A DNA stretch of 59,909 nt from an uncultured virus (IMG/VR IMGVR_UViG_3300020180_000011) (Duplodnaviria > Heunggongvirae > Uroviricota > Caudoviricetes): IMG/VR virus record IMGVR_UViG_3300020180_000011, one strand, 5' to 3'. Positions 29,746 to 42,505 of this stretch are shown piece after piece (positions within the stretch are counted from its first letter, which is position 1; the number at the start of each line of letters is the position of its first letter). Made by a program: the position numbers and the translations under genes. Below the pieces are notes generated by a model, which saw nothing but the letters and a program-made list of their open reading frames with translations, had not been told where the DNA came from and made no database searches.

Positions 29746-31399
29746 CTAGTTCCTCGTCTAAAGATACATAACCCAATTCCAAGCCTGTGTACATTACGCC
29801 GTCTAGTAAAGCTTTAGCTATCCTTTCTTTAAATTGATGAATATAACTCGCACCATCATGAAGCAATTGAACTGCTCTCAAAGCAACTAAAGAATACTTA
29901 CTTCTAAGTCCGTCTAGCTCCGTAATATTATCACCCCAAATATTGTTAATTGAGTAATCCCCACTAATCTCACACTTAGCTTGCAAAGATATCCTATCCT
30001 CTAAGCTAAGAAGGCAACCTACGGCGCAGCCCTCAGGATACGTAATACGGTTGTAATAAGCGCCCTTGATGCCCACTTCGCCATCTCTATGCTCAAACTT
30101 AGCCTGCACATCCTCAAATAGCTGTCTAGATGTCGTCATTAGTCAGTTCCTCATCTAAGTACAAATCAGATAGTCCTGAAACCGTAGCTACCCCTGTAAC
30201 CAGCGCCAAATCAACTTTACGCTTAAACTCTCCCACAGTGTTGCACTTATCGTGCATTCGTTGCAGTAAAAGTAAAGCAAAGATAGGATACTCCCTTAAA
30301 AACTCTACCTCAGGAACTACCTCTTGAACAGGGTCTTTTAAAATGTCCTGAATTGCATAAGGCAACCGTGTATTTTCGCATTTGTTCTGCAAAGATTTAC
30401 GGTCTTCTTTGGGCATTAAACCGCCTATTGCACAACCTCCAGGAACTTTAATACGGTCATAGTATTTACCTACAGTAGACTTATCATTGTGCCTACCTCT
30501 AAACTTCTCTTTGACCAGTTGAAACAATTCTCTAGATGTTTTCATGACTAGCCTCCTCATCTAAGTAGAATGTAAACATACCGCTACTATTCTTAATGCA
30601 TCCTGTAGCCAGCGCATCATCAAGCTGACTTTTGAAATTACCGATAGTACGACTCTCATCATGCATGTCTTGCAACTGCACCAGAGCCTCCACAGAGTAC
30701 TCTCTTAAAGACTCGACTTCAGGGACATCATTGTATTGTGTATCCTCTAAAATCTTTCCAATTCTATAAGGCAATCTAGTGTTTAGACACTTGTACTGTA
30801 ATGACCTACGTTCTTCTTTGGTTAGTAAAGCTCCTACAGCACATCCTAATGGATATTTGCTGTGATAGTACTTAGATACAATTTCTGTCGCATTGTGCCT
30901 ACCCTTAAACTTAGTCTGAACTTGCTCAAACAACTCTCGGTTAGTCTTCATCTCAATATTCTCCATCACAAAAATCTGAGGCATCATCAAACTCTACAAC
31001 AGGTGTCTCATCCATAAAGACTCTTTTAGCGGCATAGCCAAAGCCTCTACCTGGCTCGGCGTATCCTGCTTCCAGCGCAGCAACCACAAGTCCTCTAAAC
31101 ACGGCAATAGTCCCACTTCTATCATGAAGGGCCTGAATACTAGCAAGTCCCTCTACAGAATACTCTCTGAGAGAGTCTAGCTCAGGAATGTCTAGCTTCA
31201 TAAGAGAGCTAATAAGATAACAAAGCTTACCCTCAGCCGAAGCTTGTATTGCTTTCCTATCTTCCAAACTTACAAGACAACCTACAGCACATCCTCCTGG
31301 CGTTGATTCTGAATAGTACAAAGGAATAGCTTTATCAGAGCCATATCTACCCTCAAAATTCTCTAGTACTTGCTCAAACAACTCTCGGTTAGTATACAT
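29732..31399 (-). other. Four tandem paralogs, family B (29732-30139, 30126-30545, 30532-30951, 30953-31399)
   Basis: T.R.LF..V..KF..R; YY..P.GCA[VI]G.L...[DE]R.SLQ; Q..HD; LDE. Confidence 0.85.
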
Positions 31400-34300
31400 C
31401 TCTAAACTCCACTAAGATTGTGCCTGTCGTTGTAACCGTAGCTTTGGCATCCAGCGCATTTTTAATCTTGCGCATCAAGACAATAAACTTCTCCAATGCG
31501 ATAGCAATAGACTCAGGAGTAGCAGGCTGCTGTACTTTTAGACTAGTTGCCTCTTCCCTGGTTATAACATCCGCTATACTCAGAGTAAATTCCTCTAAAT
31601 TACCTTGGGAATCTACGCTACATGCTCTGAACGATTCTCTCCAGTATGGGTATCCGTCAGGATGAAATATATCAGATAAAGTACATGAGCTATCACTGTG
31701 ATAGTCCATATTGGAAACTAGATAAACACCTAACTTACCTAACAACTGTTGTAAAGTAATTGGACACAGGTGCAAGTAAGTCTCATAATACACTTGCCCA
31801 TTCTCCAATCTAATAGACAAGGATAGTTGTCCCTCTTCTCCCTCGTCCTCTGTTTTAGGATAGATAGTTTCGTCTTCAATTACTTCGTGCAAAGACTGAA
31901 AAGTTTTATCAGTAGCAAAACAATCTAGTCTTTGTTGCTCAAGATTACCATCGTAAAGAGGCATAACTATTCTCCTACTAATTTCTCACAAATCGTTCCC
32001 AGTAGAACAAACCCATTAGCCACCCAGGTGTAGCAAGACACTTTGTATGGGGCAGCTTTGTTTCGCAATGTCCATACATTGGTGGACACGCAGAAAGTCA
32101 AGTATGACCTATCAGACAATGCAGTGTACATAGTGTATTGCTCGTAATAGTCGTACTCTGCATCTATGGATAGCCCGAACCCTACTTCGGCTACCAAAGA
32201 AAAACTATCCATAGAAAACATATCCGCATCTACTCCTCTAGTAAACCATCAGCTTCCCACTGAGCAGCATCCCCAGCAAAATCTTTTAATGCTGAATCTA
32301 TGTCATCAATCGTACTGTCCAACTCTGCGTCAGAACAATTAGTCACATCTTCGTCATCCATGAATCTCCTAATGTAAAACAGCCAGCTAAAATTCAACAG
32401 CCAATAGACTCGTCATTACCCTCATCTACTTCACAGTCGTCATCACTATCCTCTTCATCTAAAGAAGAGTCTTCACCATCACCTGTATCACCCCCAAAAA
32501 CCCAAAAATCTACTTCAAACTCTGAGTCATCCCCATAATTATAGTCATGAAAATCAAACTGCATCCCTTCTGTATCCATCTCGCTATTTTTCTTTTCTTC
32601 TGGAGTCAGTTCATCCTCATCAGGGTCTACATAGTAGTCGTCAGGCAACTCATCCTCATCATCCTCATCGTCCTCTTCTTCTTTCATAAAAGTTGTTAAG
32701 GCTAGGTCAATAGACGCAATCAACTCGTAAGCGTTCTGTTTCCATACACTAGCCGCATGAGCAATGCTAGTATCCTCAGCAATGTCTGCCAAAGCGTCAT
32801 GCTTGGCCTGTAGTGTATCTTGAGTCAAAGCAATTTGTGGGGACATGTAAGCCTTTAAGTAGTGTGTGTAGACTTGTTCTTTTCTAGATAAAACCTAGTT
32901 AAACTCTGTTGCGTAGAACGAAACTTTGACGGGTCTTTACCGTTAGCAATCCATAGCTCTAAAAGAAAGTCTTGAGCAAAATATCCTTTGCCCAAGTATC
33001 GGTACTTGTCGATAGGGTAATGAAGACTTTTATCGTCTGGTTGGCAGACATCATACTCTACAATCACAAAGTCAATTACAGCACGTTTGGTCATCACAAA
33101 TTCCTAGTCAGATAGGTGGAACCGATTCAAAAACACAAACTACTACAACTCGATTGAACCCTGCAAAGAAATATCTGGGAATCGGGCCTCTAGTCTGCTC
33201 TTCAATGTCTGCACAAGAGTTTTAAACGCTTCAAGAGCACCTATAATGTCATGCTCTTTTGCACCCAATCTAATACGCATATCGTCAGCAAAAAATTGAG
33301 CTCCTTCTGGGCTCAATAACTCACTCAACAGCACTCGGGGATAAAAAGAAGATGTAGAATCTCCTCTACACTCAATATATACGTTAGACAACACAAAGCA
33401 TAGCTCCCTAGAGTCATTCTCCAAAGGAAAGACGTTAGCCCAAGTAAAGCTGTAATTAATATCCACTACAGCAATACCCAGACCGAAGTAATTAAACAAA
33501 GTATAAACCGTGTGCTCTTTGTCATCGACTCGCACAGAATACTTAGCATTGCTGGGTACAGTACCCCAAGGGCACTGAATATCCAGAGACATACGAACAG
33601 GTTGTACAGTAGGTTCTGCAGGAGTCGAATTGTTAAGCATCTTTTCTGTGTCCAAATTGTCAGAAATATTTACACTACTAGGATGAGCAGTATACATAGC
33701 GTCCCATGCGCCATAAGACTCATACTCATCTAAGGCAACTGAGTAATCTTTTTTGTTGGCGTATTTGGACATGTCAATATACACCATGTCCTGAGCATCC
33801 TCTTGTTTCACAGGCAACTCTGCAATAAATTCCATAGTGGCGGTATTTCTCCATAAATTAGCGCAACTAGCGGACTGAAATCCCTCGCATACAACAATCG
33901 CAATATTGTCTTCTTGATTAGAGTCAGAACTGCTCCATTCCCACTGAACCTCCAATACTGGCTCATACCCTTTATTAGTCGCCTCCCACCAGGCATAAGC
34001 AAGATGTAAGTAGTACAAATTGATTTGATTTACTGCACCCTCTCCACGATACTGAGAAATAGTCATGTTTCAATCTCCTCTGTTGCAATTTCTACCGCAT
34101 CCCCAGACATGTCCACCTCAATCCCAGACATATCCACCTCTACACTTTCCTCTTCTATATTCTCACCAGACACATCGACTTCACCAGAATAGGTCATAAA
34201 ACTCCTGTCAGAAAAACTAGTAAACAATCCAGTGTGTACCTACTCTCACTGTGGGTGGGAGTAACTACCTGCCAGCTCTCGGTGTTCAAACTGTAGCTAA

Positions 34301-37300
34301 CATGCACTGAATAGTCAGCATAATAAGCGTTAAGCATATTACCTGATTGAAACGGGGAGATAGGTGAGCCTAGGGCTTTTCCCAATATCCTACTAAACGT
34401 AGCCAGTGACATCATTTATACAACCAAACAATACTCTGAACAAGCGCAGTCACTACCGCACCTGATGCCCAAACTGCGCCCCAAGCTAGACTATCCCCAG
34501 TTAGCCACCAATAGACTAAGCAGAATATCTGAGAAGTTGCCCACCCTAGAAGTACTGCACCTACCATGAACAACAGAACTAAAGCGCTAAGCACTAGCAC
34601 CGTAGACGGATTTAGTTGTCGAATGTTGTCCTTAAATTCTTGCCAGGTCATTTTACTCTCCTTCTTTTTCTTCAGTATCATCGTCATCATCGCTATCTTC
34701 TTCGTCATCATTAGAGCTAATTTGAACTTAGTTGTAGTGCAGCCCTAGCAGCAGCCCTAGCAGCAGCCTGTGCAGCAAGATATCGTGCCATTACTGCGTA
34801 TCTTACATTGTAGGCATCATCATCTGACTCATTCAAATCCGGCTCAGTATCGTCTTCACTGTTGTCTTTTCCTGGGCAATTTAAGCACATACCACAAAAC
34901 TCCTTAGATAGGTGAAACCAATTAAACAAACTATCCCTTTAGTAAATCCTCCAAACTATTATATTTAACAGTAGTCTGATAGTGCCATGAACCTTTGGAA
35001 AACTTGACAATGGTATTGCTTGCAGACTCTGTACATACTAACTCCAGTGCGTGTCTATCAGAGCCAGTAACCACCGTTCTTTCAAGATTAGGCAACCGTA
35101 CCCCTACTTGAAGCCACGCAAATTGTATAGCTGTCATCGCCTGCACGTATGCTGCAGGATAATTAGCCGGATAATCTAGAACTCCTTGATATGGAAAATT
35201 AGTCATAAGTCTCCTGAGGTAAAGTATCATCCAAATTGTCCAAATCCTCATCTACCACGTGGTCTACATACTCCTTGGTAGACCACTCTTGCACTACAAA
35301 CTTAATCCAATCAGCAACGCTAACCGGGTCTAGAGTGTGCCCATGAAACCTCAAAGCCTTCAAGTACTCAGACACGATAGAAAAACTCAGATAGGTGAAA
35401 CCAATTTACCGTCTGCATCAAACAAACTACTGTAGGCTTCAAATGCAGAGTCAAACGTAAATGCTACTCCTGCTACACCTCTAGACTCATATAGCCATTC
35501 CCTAGTTTGAAGATACTGAATTTCTACATCGCCATGACCCGCCTCATACAAAACAATAGTACTACCCGGAAACTCCTTCATTGTCCAGTTACGCGCCCTA
35601 CTATCAAAGTCATCCCTAGGCACTTCAAATACTGCTTCGCATTGTCTCAAAAATTCGTACCACGACACTAGCCCGTGCTTAGTGCAAATCTCCATCTAAA
35701 CCTCCTAGATAGGTGAACCGATACAGCAACTGACCCTTGTCAATCCCTACTCCATCCACAAACCCAAACATACGCTGATTAATGTATCTCCAATTCCTTC
35801 AACTCCCTGATAAATATACCTCCATCGTTCATCTTTTCCGAAAGAGATAACTACCGCCCAAGCAGATGCAATGTAAAGAATATCTGTAGGCTCAGACAAC
35901 TTAATACAACCAGGCATATCAGCTTGAGGACATTCTAGCTCCTTCTCACACTGCTCTACAAATTCGTCCCATGTAACAGTCATGACAAATTACCTCAATT
36001 GAATTTCAACATATTCGGGTTAAAGTCTAGACTTCCTGATGCAGAAAAAGAGTTAGCGAGACTCTGTAAGGATGTTACTAACTCCTCACAAAACTCCTTA
36101 AAAACTCCCAATATTAACGTTGCTGTAGCATCACTAGGAGTTTCTCCCATCCTTAAATCCTGCGCATAATAATCATAGTTCTTGTAGCTAAGTAACTCTC
36201 CTACAGTTCGGCTAACTACAAACGTTCCATCGCCTGTAACCAAACTAACTACCATTGCAGAGAGGTTAAAATTACATCTAGCATAGGTATCGTAGTCGTA
36301 CCCGGCAAAAAACAAATCACCAGGCTCACAATGTAACTTTAGTCCAAAAATCCCACAAACTTGATTGAAGCTGCTGACGTTAGAGTTGATTGCAAAGATG
36401 TACCCTACATCTGATAATACGTCACCTTCATCTTTACTTATGGCCATAGAAAGCGTAGTCACGGTAGAAAAACTCCATTTAAATCAATATGTACTGACCC
36501 AGAACTCTTGGTTACAGGATACATAGACAACAAGATTGCTCTAACCTTACATGCCCATACATGAAGATTCAATGACCAAGCCTCGATACTCTCAGGTAGC
36601 CGCTCAAATGAAAGGCGCATACTTTCCTTCTCAGAGATAAGTAGCACCTCTCTTAGATAAACTATATCTTCTAGCTCTGTTCTATCTGTTAGAGCAACCG
36701 TGCTATGGTCAAACGTCTTTAAGAACACGTCTACCGCATCACACAGTACACACTCGGTCTGTGTAGCGTCTCTCTGAATACTAATACCGTAGTACTTACC
36801 CAAAAAAGAAGAAAAAGAAATTTTACTGTCTATAACACGTCCAGAGTCATGAAAAGCAGTAAACACCGGGACAGTAGGACTAGTAAACGTAACAGTCAAA
36901 TTATCTTTCATCTCTAAACTCCTTAGATATGTGAAACCGAACTAACAGGACTCAATACTCTAACTCTGTAACGCCCTCATCATCCACATCATCATAATTC
37001 TCATACTCCTCCTCAGAATCATCGTCAATAGACCATTCACCGACACAAGAAGACAACCTAGCCTGCTGCTCACTCTTAGCAGCAAGATGCTCCTTCCAGG
37101 ACTCATAAGGTGCGTAACCGTGTGGAATCAGGATGCTGTCATAGATAAATTTACGCTCTAGATGTGCATACTCAAACTCATCTTCATCATCAATCCTGTG
37201 AAGATTCTCGTATCTGTCCAACTGAGCAGCATTCAGTCCAGCTAGCACTAACAAAATAATTCGGTGATGAAATCCCCCAAGTCTACCGATAGGCAACGAG

Positions 37301-37623
37301 ATTATGTGGTCATCGTACAAATCTCTGGTCAATACAGTCCCAGATGTTGTCTCATACATCAATAAATCTTCGTCTACGTAGGACGCACAACACCCATAAG
37401 CCAATTCTCCATCGTTAGCGCTAGCTTCTGCAAATAGCCTGTCGTCTCTATCTGTAAAAAACTTGATTGCATCTGCACGACTACCAGATGTACTACTACC
37501 AGAAATTAGCGGCTCAATAGTCTGATATTGTTCTGGTGTCACATAAAAATGATGGTACTCATGATATCCATCTGCAACTTTATGAACCAAGGAAAAAGCA
37601 TTGGAGGCAAACTTGGTCAACAT
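31389..37623 (-). other. Run of early hypothetical genes including very acidic proteins and a loose family (31389-31964, 33143-34066, 35995-36462, 36459-36911)
   Basis: Co-directional ORFs with AAGGAG RBSs; also unlisted microORFs 32230-32361 and 34063-34197. Confidence 0.65.
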
Positions 37624-37661
37624 TAGAAAAACTCCTTAGATAGGTAAAACCAAACCAATTA

Positions 37662-38516
37662 TCATACTTTGTTCTGAAGCCATTGCAAAGCTGTTGCCTC
37701 GTCGCAGTAGAAAAACGCCTCTGCTCCCCGGAGCAAAATAGACGCAGTTAAGTGAGGCCCAAATTCGGCCACCAATCCTTGTCCCCGTGGGTCTAGAAAA
37801 TTTATCCACCCTCCTAAACAATGCACCGTGTCGCAGGTGTCCCACTCCTGCATATTAAAACAAGCTGTGTTTTTTGTAATTTCTGCAAGGACTCTTTTGG
37901 GTAGCGTTGGGTCGGGGACTAAGCCCTCCCAGTCCAGCAAAGTAACAGCGGATTCAAGCTGTGTTCGACTGAGATACGAATCTGTGAGAGTAGCACCAGA
38001 AAGATTAGCACCCTCAAAGTTTGCCCATTTCATATACGCACCTGTAAGTATTGCACTCTCCAGACTTGCGCCTGTAAAATTTGCGTAAGTATATACTCCA
38101 TCAGCAAGATTAGCCCCCGAAAGGTCGGCATCCTTAAAGTCTGCCCATACAAGGATAGAGTCTATAAATACCGCATCTTCGAGATTCGCAGTAGTAAATA
38201 TAGCGCCATCAAGGTTAACATCTACAAACGTAGCCCTCATGAGATTCGCGCTTTGAAAGTCTGCGCCCTCAAGGTTAACCTCTGTAAAATCTGCACCTTC
38301 TAGATTGGCACCTCTAAAGTCTGCTTCTTTGAGGTTCAGTCCTCTGAAACAATCAGCAGCATCTCGCAAATCCGCGTTCCTAAAATCCGCAATTGTCCCC
38401 TCTTCTCCCGAGGTTCTACGGTACAGCTTGTTAGAGTCAATCTGTTGTTGAATTAATGACATGTCTAAACCTTTGGAAGTTAGTACTCCCGTAACGCCGG
38501 AATCATACTTAGTCAC
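37662..38516 (-). CDS. Pentapeptide-repeat protein with C-terminal Cys/His domain
   Basis: Long run of A[DN][LF]xx repeats; C-terminal FNM.EW..C.T.HCLGGW. Confidence 0.92.
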   Translation of the reverse strand: MTKYDSGVTGVLTSKGLDMSLIQQQIDSNKLYRRTSGEEGTIADFRNADLRDAADCFRGLNLKEADFRGANLEGADFTEVNLEGADFQSANLMRATFVDVNLDGAIFTTANLEDAVFIDSILVWADFKDADLSGANLADGVYTYANFTGASLESAILTGAYMKWANFEGANLSGATLTDSYLSRTQLESAVTLLDWEGLVPDPTLPKRVLAEITKNTACFNMQEWDTCDTVHCLGGWINFLDPRGQGLVAEFGPHLTASILLRGAEAFFYCDEATALQWLQNKV

Positions 38517-40541
38517 GATAGAAAAACTCCAGATAATTTACAAAAACACATCACTAGCAGCAATCTTTTGAGCACTTTCAACGAGGTCTCTCTGTGCCAC
38601 TAGCCAGCTGTTGACCAACCTTGTAAGGCTAGACAAGCTGACAGCTTCAAAGCCCTCTACAAGCTTACCAGAGCGGCATACTCTGGCACTATACGAATAG
38701 ACTAGGTTAGAGGTAGTATCAGATACTACCAATAGCTTCTTAAGCTGCACCGCGTAACCAGAGGACGTACATCCTTCCCAGTACTGCTGTGAACTACTGC
38801 TAGCCCGATGATATAGATTGGTGCCCATAACCTTAGGGTTACAGTACTTATCAGCCAAAATCTCCTCGGATACGTCTGCAACAATATGCCTAATACCCTT
38901 GCCGCTACCATGTAGCTGAAGCACTGAGTGTTTAGTTTGGAGTTTCCATGTGTCCAGGGCCAGCTGTTTGTCAGTGCCCTTATATTGGGGCTTCCGGGAA
39001 TTGTACTCTGTATCCCATATAGTGAATACTTCACCTTTCTTAGATACCGTCACTGTGAAGTAAATCTGAGGAGAAGTACCTTTGAATATCTTCTCGCCAT
39101 ACAGATAGGTAGCACCACCAAAAGTACCGTCTATGTGAACCTTGACAACCTCATCTACAGTAGTAGTCTTAGCGCTCTTCTTTTTACTCTTTTGAGTAGA
39201 CAAAGACAAAACAAAATCAGATAGAGACATATCCAAACCTCAAGTTAAAAAATTCAGTAATGCACTCTAGTAGAAATAATAGATACCGTCATCCCCTATA
39301 CGCAAGTGAATAGAACCCTGTGCAGATACAAACGTAGCTAGTTCAGTAGCTAGAGTGTATTCCCAGAAACTACCATCTAGGTCATTCCTAGTCTTTATGT
39401 AGACTTCTGCAAACTTGTCTACCGACATACCCAAAGTAAAAGACCAATAATCAACGTCACAAGCGTTAAACTCTGACTCTACCAATGAACCGGATGCTTT
39501 AGATTCTAGTAGTACACCGTAATCCTCCCAGTATTCATTACAGCCACGTAACCCTGTTAGTTCTGGTGTACCATCGTTCGATAGCATAAAGGCTAGCGCT
39601 TGATACAATTCTTTATTGAACATGATAACCCCCTAAAAGTTCAAAAAATCGCCCCGGCCAGCCTAAAATAAAATTTACTGCGTAGCAAAATATCCTACCT
39701 AGATTTCTCTAAGCAGGATGAATTAGAGTTGAGCAACTTTTAGCGGTACTGTACTTTAGGACGATTGCTATGTGTACCCTTCCCCTCTCTCAGTTCCTTG
39801 CGGTGCTGTTGAGTAGCAGTATCCAAGCCCCATACCTCGCTACGCTTAGCGTTACGCTTACTACCCATAGACCAAGGAACGGTTCTAGGAACGACTGGCA
39901 ACACTTCAGCAAGTGCTATCAGGGAATCTACTACATAATGCCCTAGTTTCTCATAGCTAACCCTAGGTGAGTTAGCCAAAGTATTGAGTTTGGCGATATC
40001 CAACACGTCATAAGCGTGCTTAGTGATATCGTATGAACCATCTACAAACTTAAATAAGCATATAAATTTATACTCGTAATTAGTATCAACAGTATTGTGC
40101 AGATGAGTGTAAACTTGTCCATCATTCAACCTTGCGTTAGTACCAAGCTCAACCCGTCTAGAAACTATCTGGCTATTTCTCTCTAGCCTCAGATAAATGT
40201 CCCTAGATTCTTTATCCACCATGATGACAGTATCACGGTATCCTATGCCCTTGTCACTACCCTTGTTATACTTCCCTTGCGCGTTAATTACACGTGCTTT
40301 CAAGCCGCTTACCTTAGTTCCTTCAACTAAGAACGCCCCTAATTCTTCTACGGTCAATCTAGCCTCAAAAGAGTAGCGTTCAGACTCGCTAACTATCCCA
40401 TAATGACTAGGATTAGTGGCTATTCTGTCGGTGATAGCACTTTCCTTAAGTACCAATGATTGTTCTGCTACTTGAACATTAGAGCCGTCGCTAGTCTTAG
40501 TAATTCTAGGCATGGTGTCAGATAGGTGAGTTAGCAACTGA

Positions 40542-40568
40542 TAGGGGACTACATCACATAGTCCCCTA
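40542..40568. terminator. Intergenic hairpin (terminator or processing site)
   Basis: taggggacta-catcaca-tagtccccta, perfect 10-bp stem. Confidence 0.55.
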
Positions 40569-41901
40569 GATAACGCTACTTAAGAATCTTAGTAGCCATC
40601 TGGTTAACCAAGTCAGCCTGTAAATGTCCTGTATCCCGTGATGCTAGCTTGACCCGTTGCGCTACTTCAACTTCCTTAGAAGGGATAGCCAGACGAAACA
40701 CGCTACCGGATGTAGTGGTAATCGTCACAGACTTAGATGATAGAGTCTGTACAACTGCCGCCATAGCGTTCTGTACGTCAAATGAGACTAACCACTTGCT
40801 CAAAGTGTCTACGGCTTCCGCATCAATCCCTAGCGCGGTTGTAGGTACTTCTGTATCGAATCCGGTAACGATACCGCTATCATCTACCGTCAACGTACCT
40901 AGAGCAATCTTGATAGCCGAACCAAATTGCTGAAACAAGATAGCGTTAGAGTTGTCAACAATCACGATACCGCCTAATGCTTTGTTAGCTTTGAAATACA
41001 TGAGAGTTACCTTGTGAAGTGAGTTTTGTTTTACCCGATAGACTTACATCTACGACAGTTAGACTGTAAAGGATGTTAGGTAAGTAACACCCTATGCAAT
41101 CTACTTCAGCAATCCTGCTAGTCTATCTGATGTTTTGCCCTCACCGTGCCATAAGCCATCTTGGAACGTATACATGACTTCACGACGGCTAAACATATCA
41201 GTTTTGACCAAGCTAATGACATAATCCCCATCCCTAATAAACTTGGTGATACTGTAGTCATCCTCAGCATCCTCTACGAAAGCTTCTGCTGAATTCCAAG
41301 CGCTCTCAGCTAGTCTCAGAGCTTTATAGTGCTCTAGCACTAAGGGGCTACGTGTATTCTCTTTCACTGCATCCAGCGTGTCTATCCAAGGGAACGTAGT
41401 CATGATAGTTAGTCTCTCTTTATGGTTTGTGGGATGAATGTGGCAAGTTGTTAGAGTTTATCAGGTAACAAACTAACTAGATGATTCACTGTATCCTGAG
41501 CAATATATCCCAGTTCTCTAAACGGCACTCTAACAGTGTTACTCACTAAACTCTTACCTTGAGCGGTTAAATCCCATTCACCCCCATTATCCTGTTTTAG
41601 AACTGGGAAGTATTTGAATGTAGTAGTTTTTGAATGCGTTGCGCACATCCCACAGACTACAGATTTAGCCGTGCGGCTGTAAAACAACTTTACAGGTTTG
41701 TATGTACTACTATCTACCGTTGCGGTGTACTTGCCCGCAGAATACACTTTATGCAACCAAGGAGGCTTACCTGTAACTAAGAAGTCTATCAACTCCCTCT
41801 CATCTAAGATAGGTTTGTCTGATTTCACCGTTAGGGTAGTCATGATGATTAGTCTCTTTAGGGTGAGTAGCAGTCTTACAAGACTGTAGGGAGCATACAC
41901 T

Positions 41902-42018
41902 TACATAACTCAGATGGTGAGATATTACCATCAACCGCTAGAACTAAGCTGTGCCTTAATGTACTTACAGCGCTAGTTTTAGCGGTTGTTCAGAATATCT
42001 CCTGAACTGAGTTATGTA
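41902..42018. ncRNA. Candidate four-way-junction RNA with complementary loops
   Basis: Four contiguous helices; loops GAGATATT and AATATCTC are complementary. Confidence 0.7.
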
Positions 42019-42476
42019 GCGATAGTAACTTTGTACTAGGTGTACAGTCTTTATATAACTTTACGGATGATACGTAACAGTTAATGACAGCTAACTATCT
42101 ATGTATGCTCTTTACAAGCTTGTAGTCAAGCGCTTACTTAGTGGCTAGTGCATATTCTAGGTACTGTATGGCGCTGTATCCATATTCTTCTAAGATTGCG
42201 TCATCATCCAAGCTATCCAACATAGCATCGTACAAATCACGCTGTAACGATGGCATATTGATACTTGAGTACATTTGTACCATTTCTGAAAACGTGATGT
42301 TCGAGATACTGAATTTACCGCTTTTCTGTGTTTGAGTAATTTTCATTTGGTATTTAGGCAAGTGGATATAGCAGCTAGGGAGAATATTCTCTCCCGGAAC
42401 TAATAGTCGTCTATGGTCGGTGAGTGATGGCTAGAGCTAGGTGATAGGCAGTGTCTCTTTCGTTGCTTGTCTCCCA

Positions 42477-42505
42477 AGTATAACCCTTCTAACCCGCATG
42501 TGCCA
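42477..42505 (-). promoter_or_regulatory. Possible promoter for the leftward early arm
   Basis: TGGCAC-N17-TATACT. Confidence 0.4.

Larger units (their letters stand above)
38538..42361 (-). other. Putative earliest genes: 38538-39236, 39267-39623, 39740-40513, 40576-41001, 41101-41403, 41451-41843, 42134-42361
   Basis: ORFs separated by hairpin-containing gaps, nearest the divergence point. Confidence 0.65.

Noticed and set aside
38726..39224. Alternative-frame and antisense ORFs here and throughout the track
   Set aside because: Nested in longer genes that fit operon direction and RBS pattern
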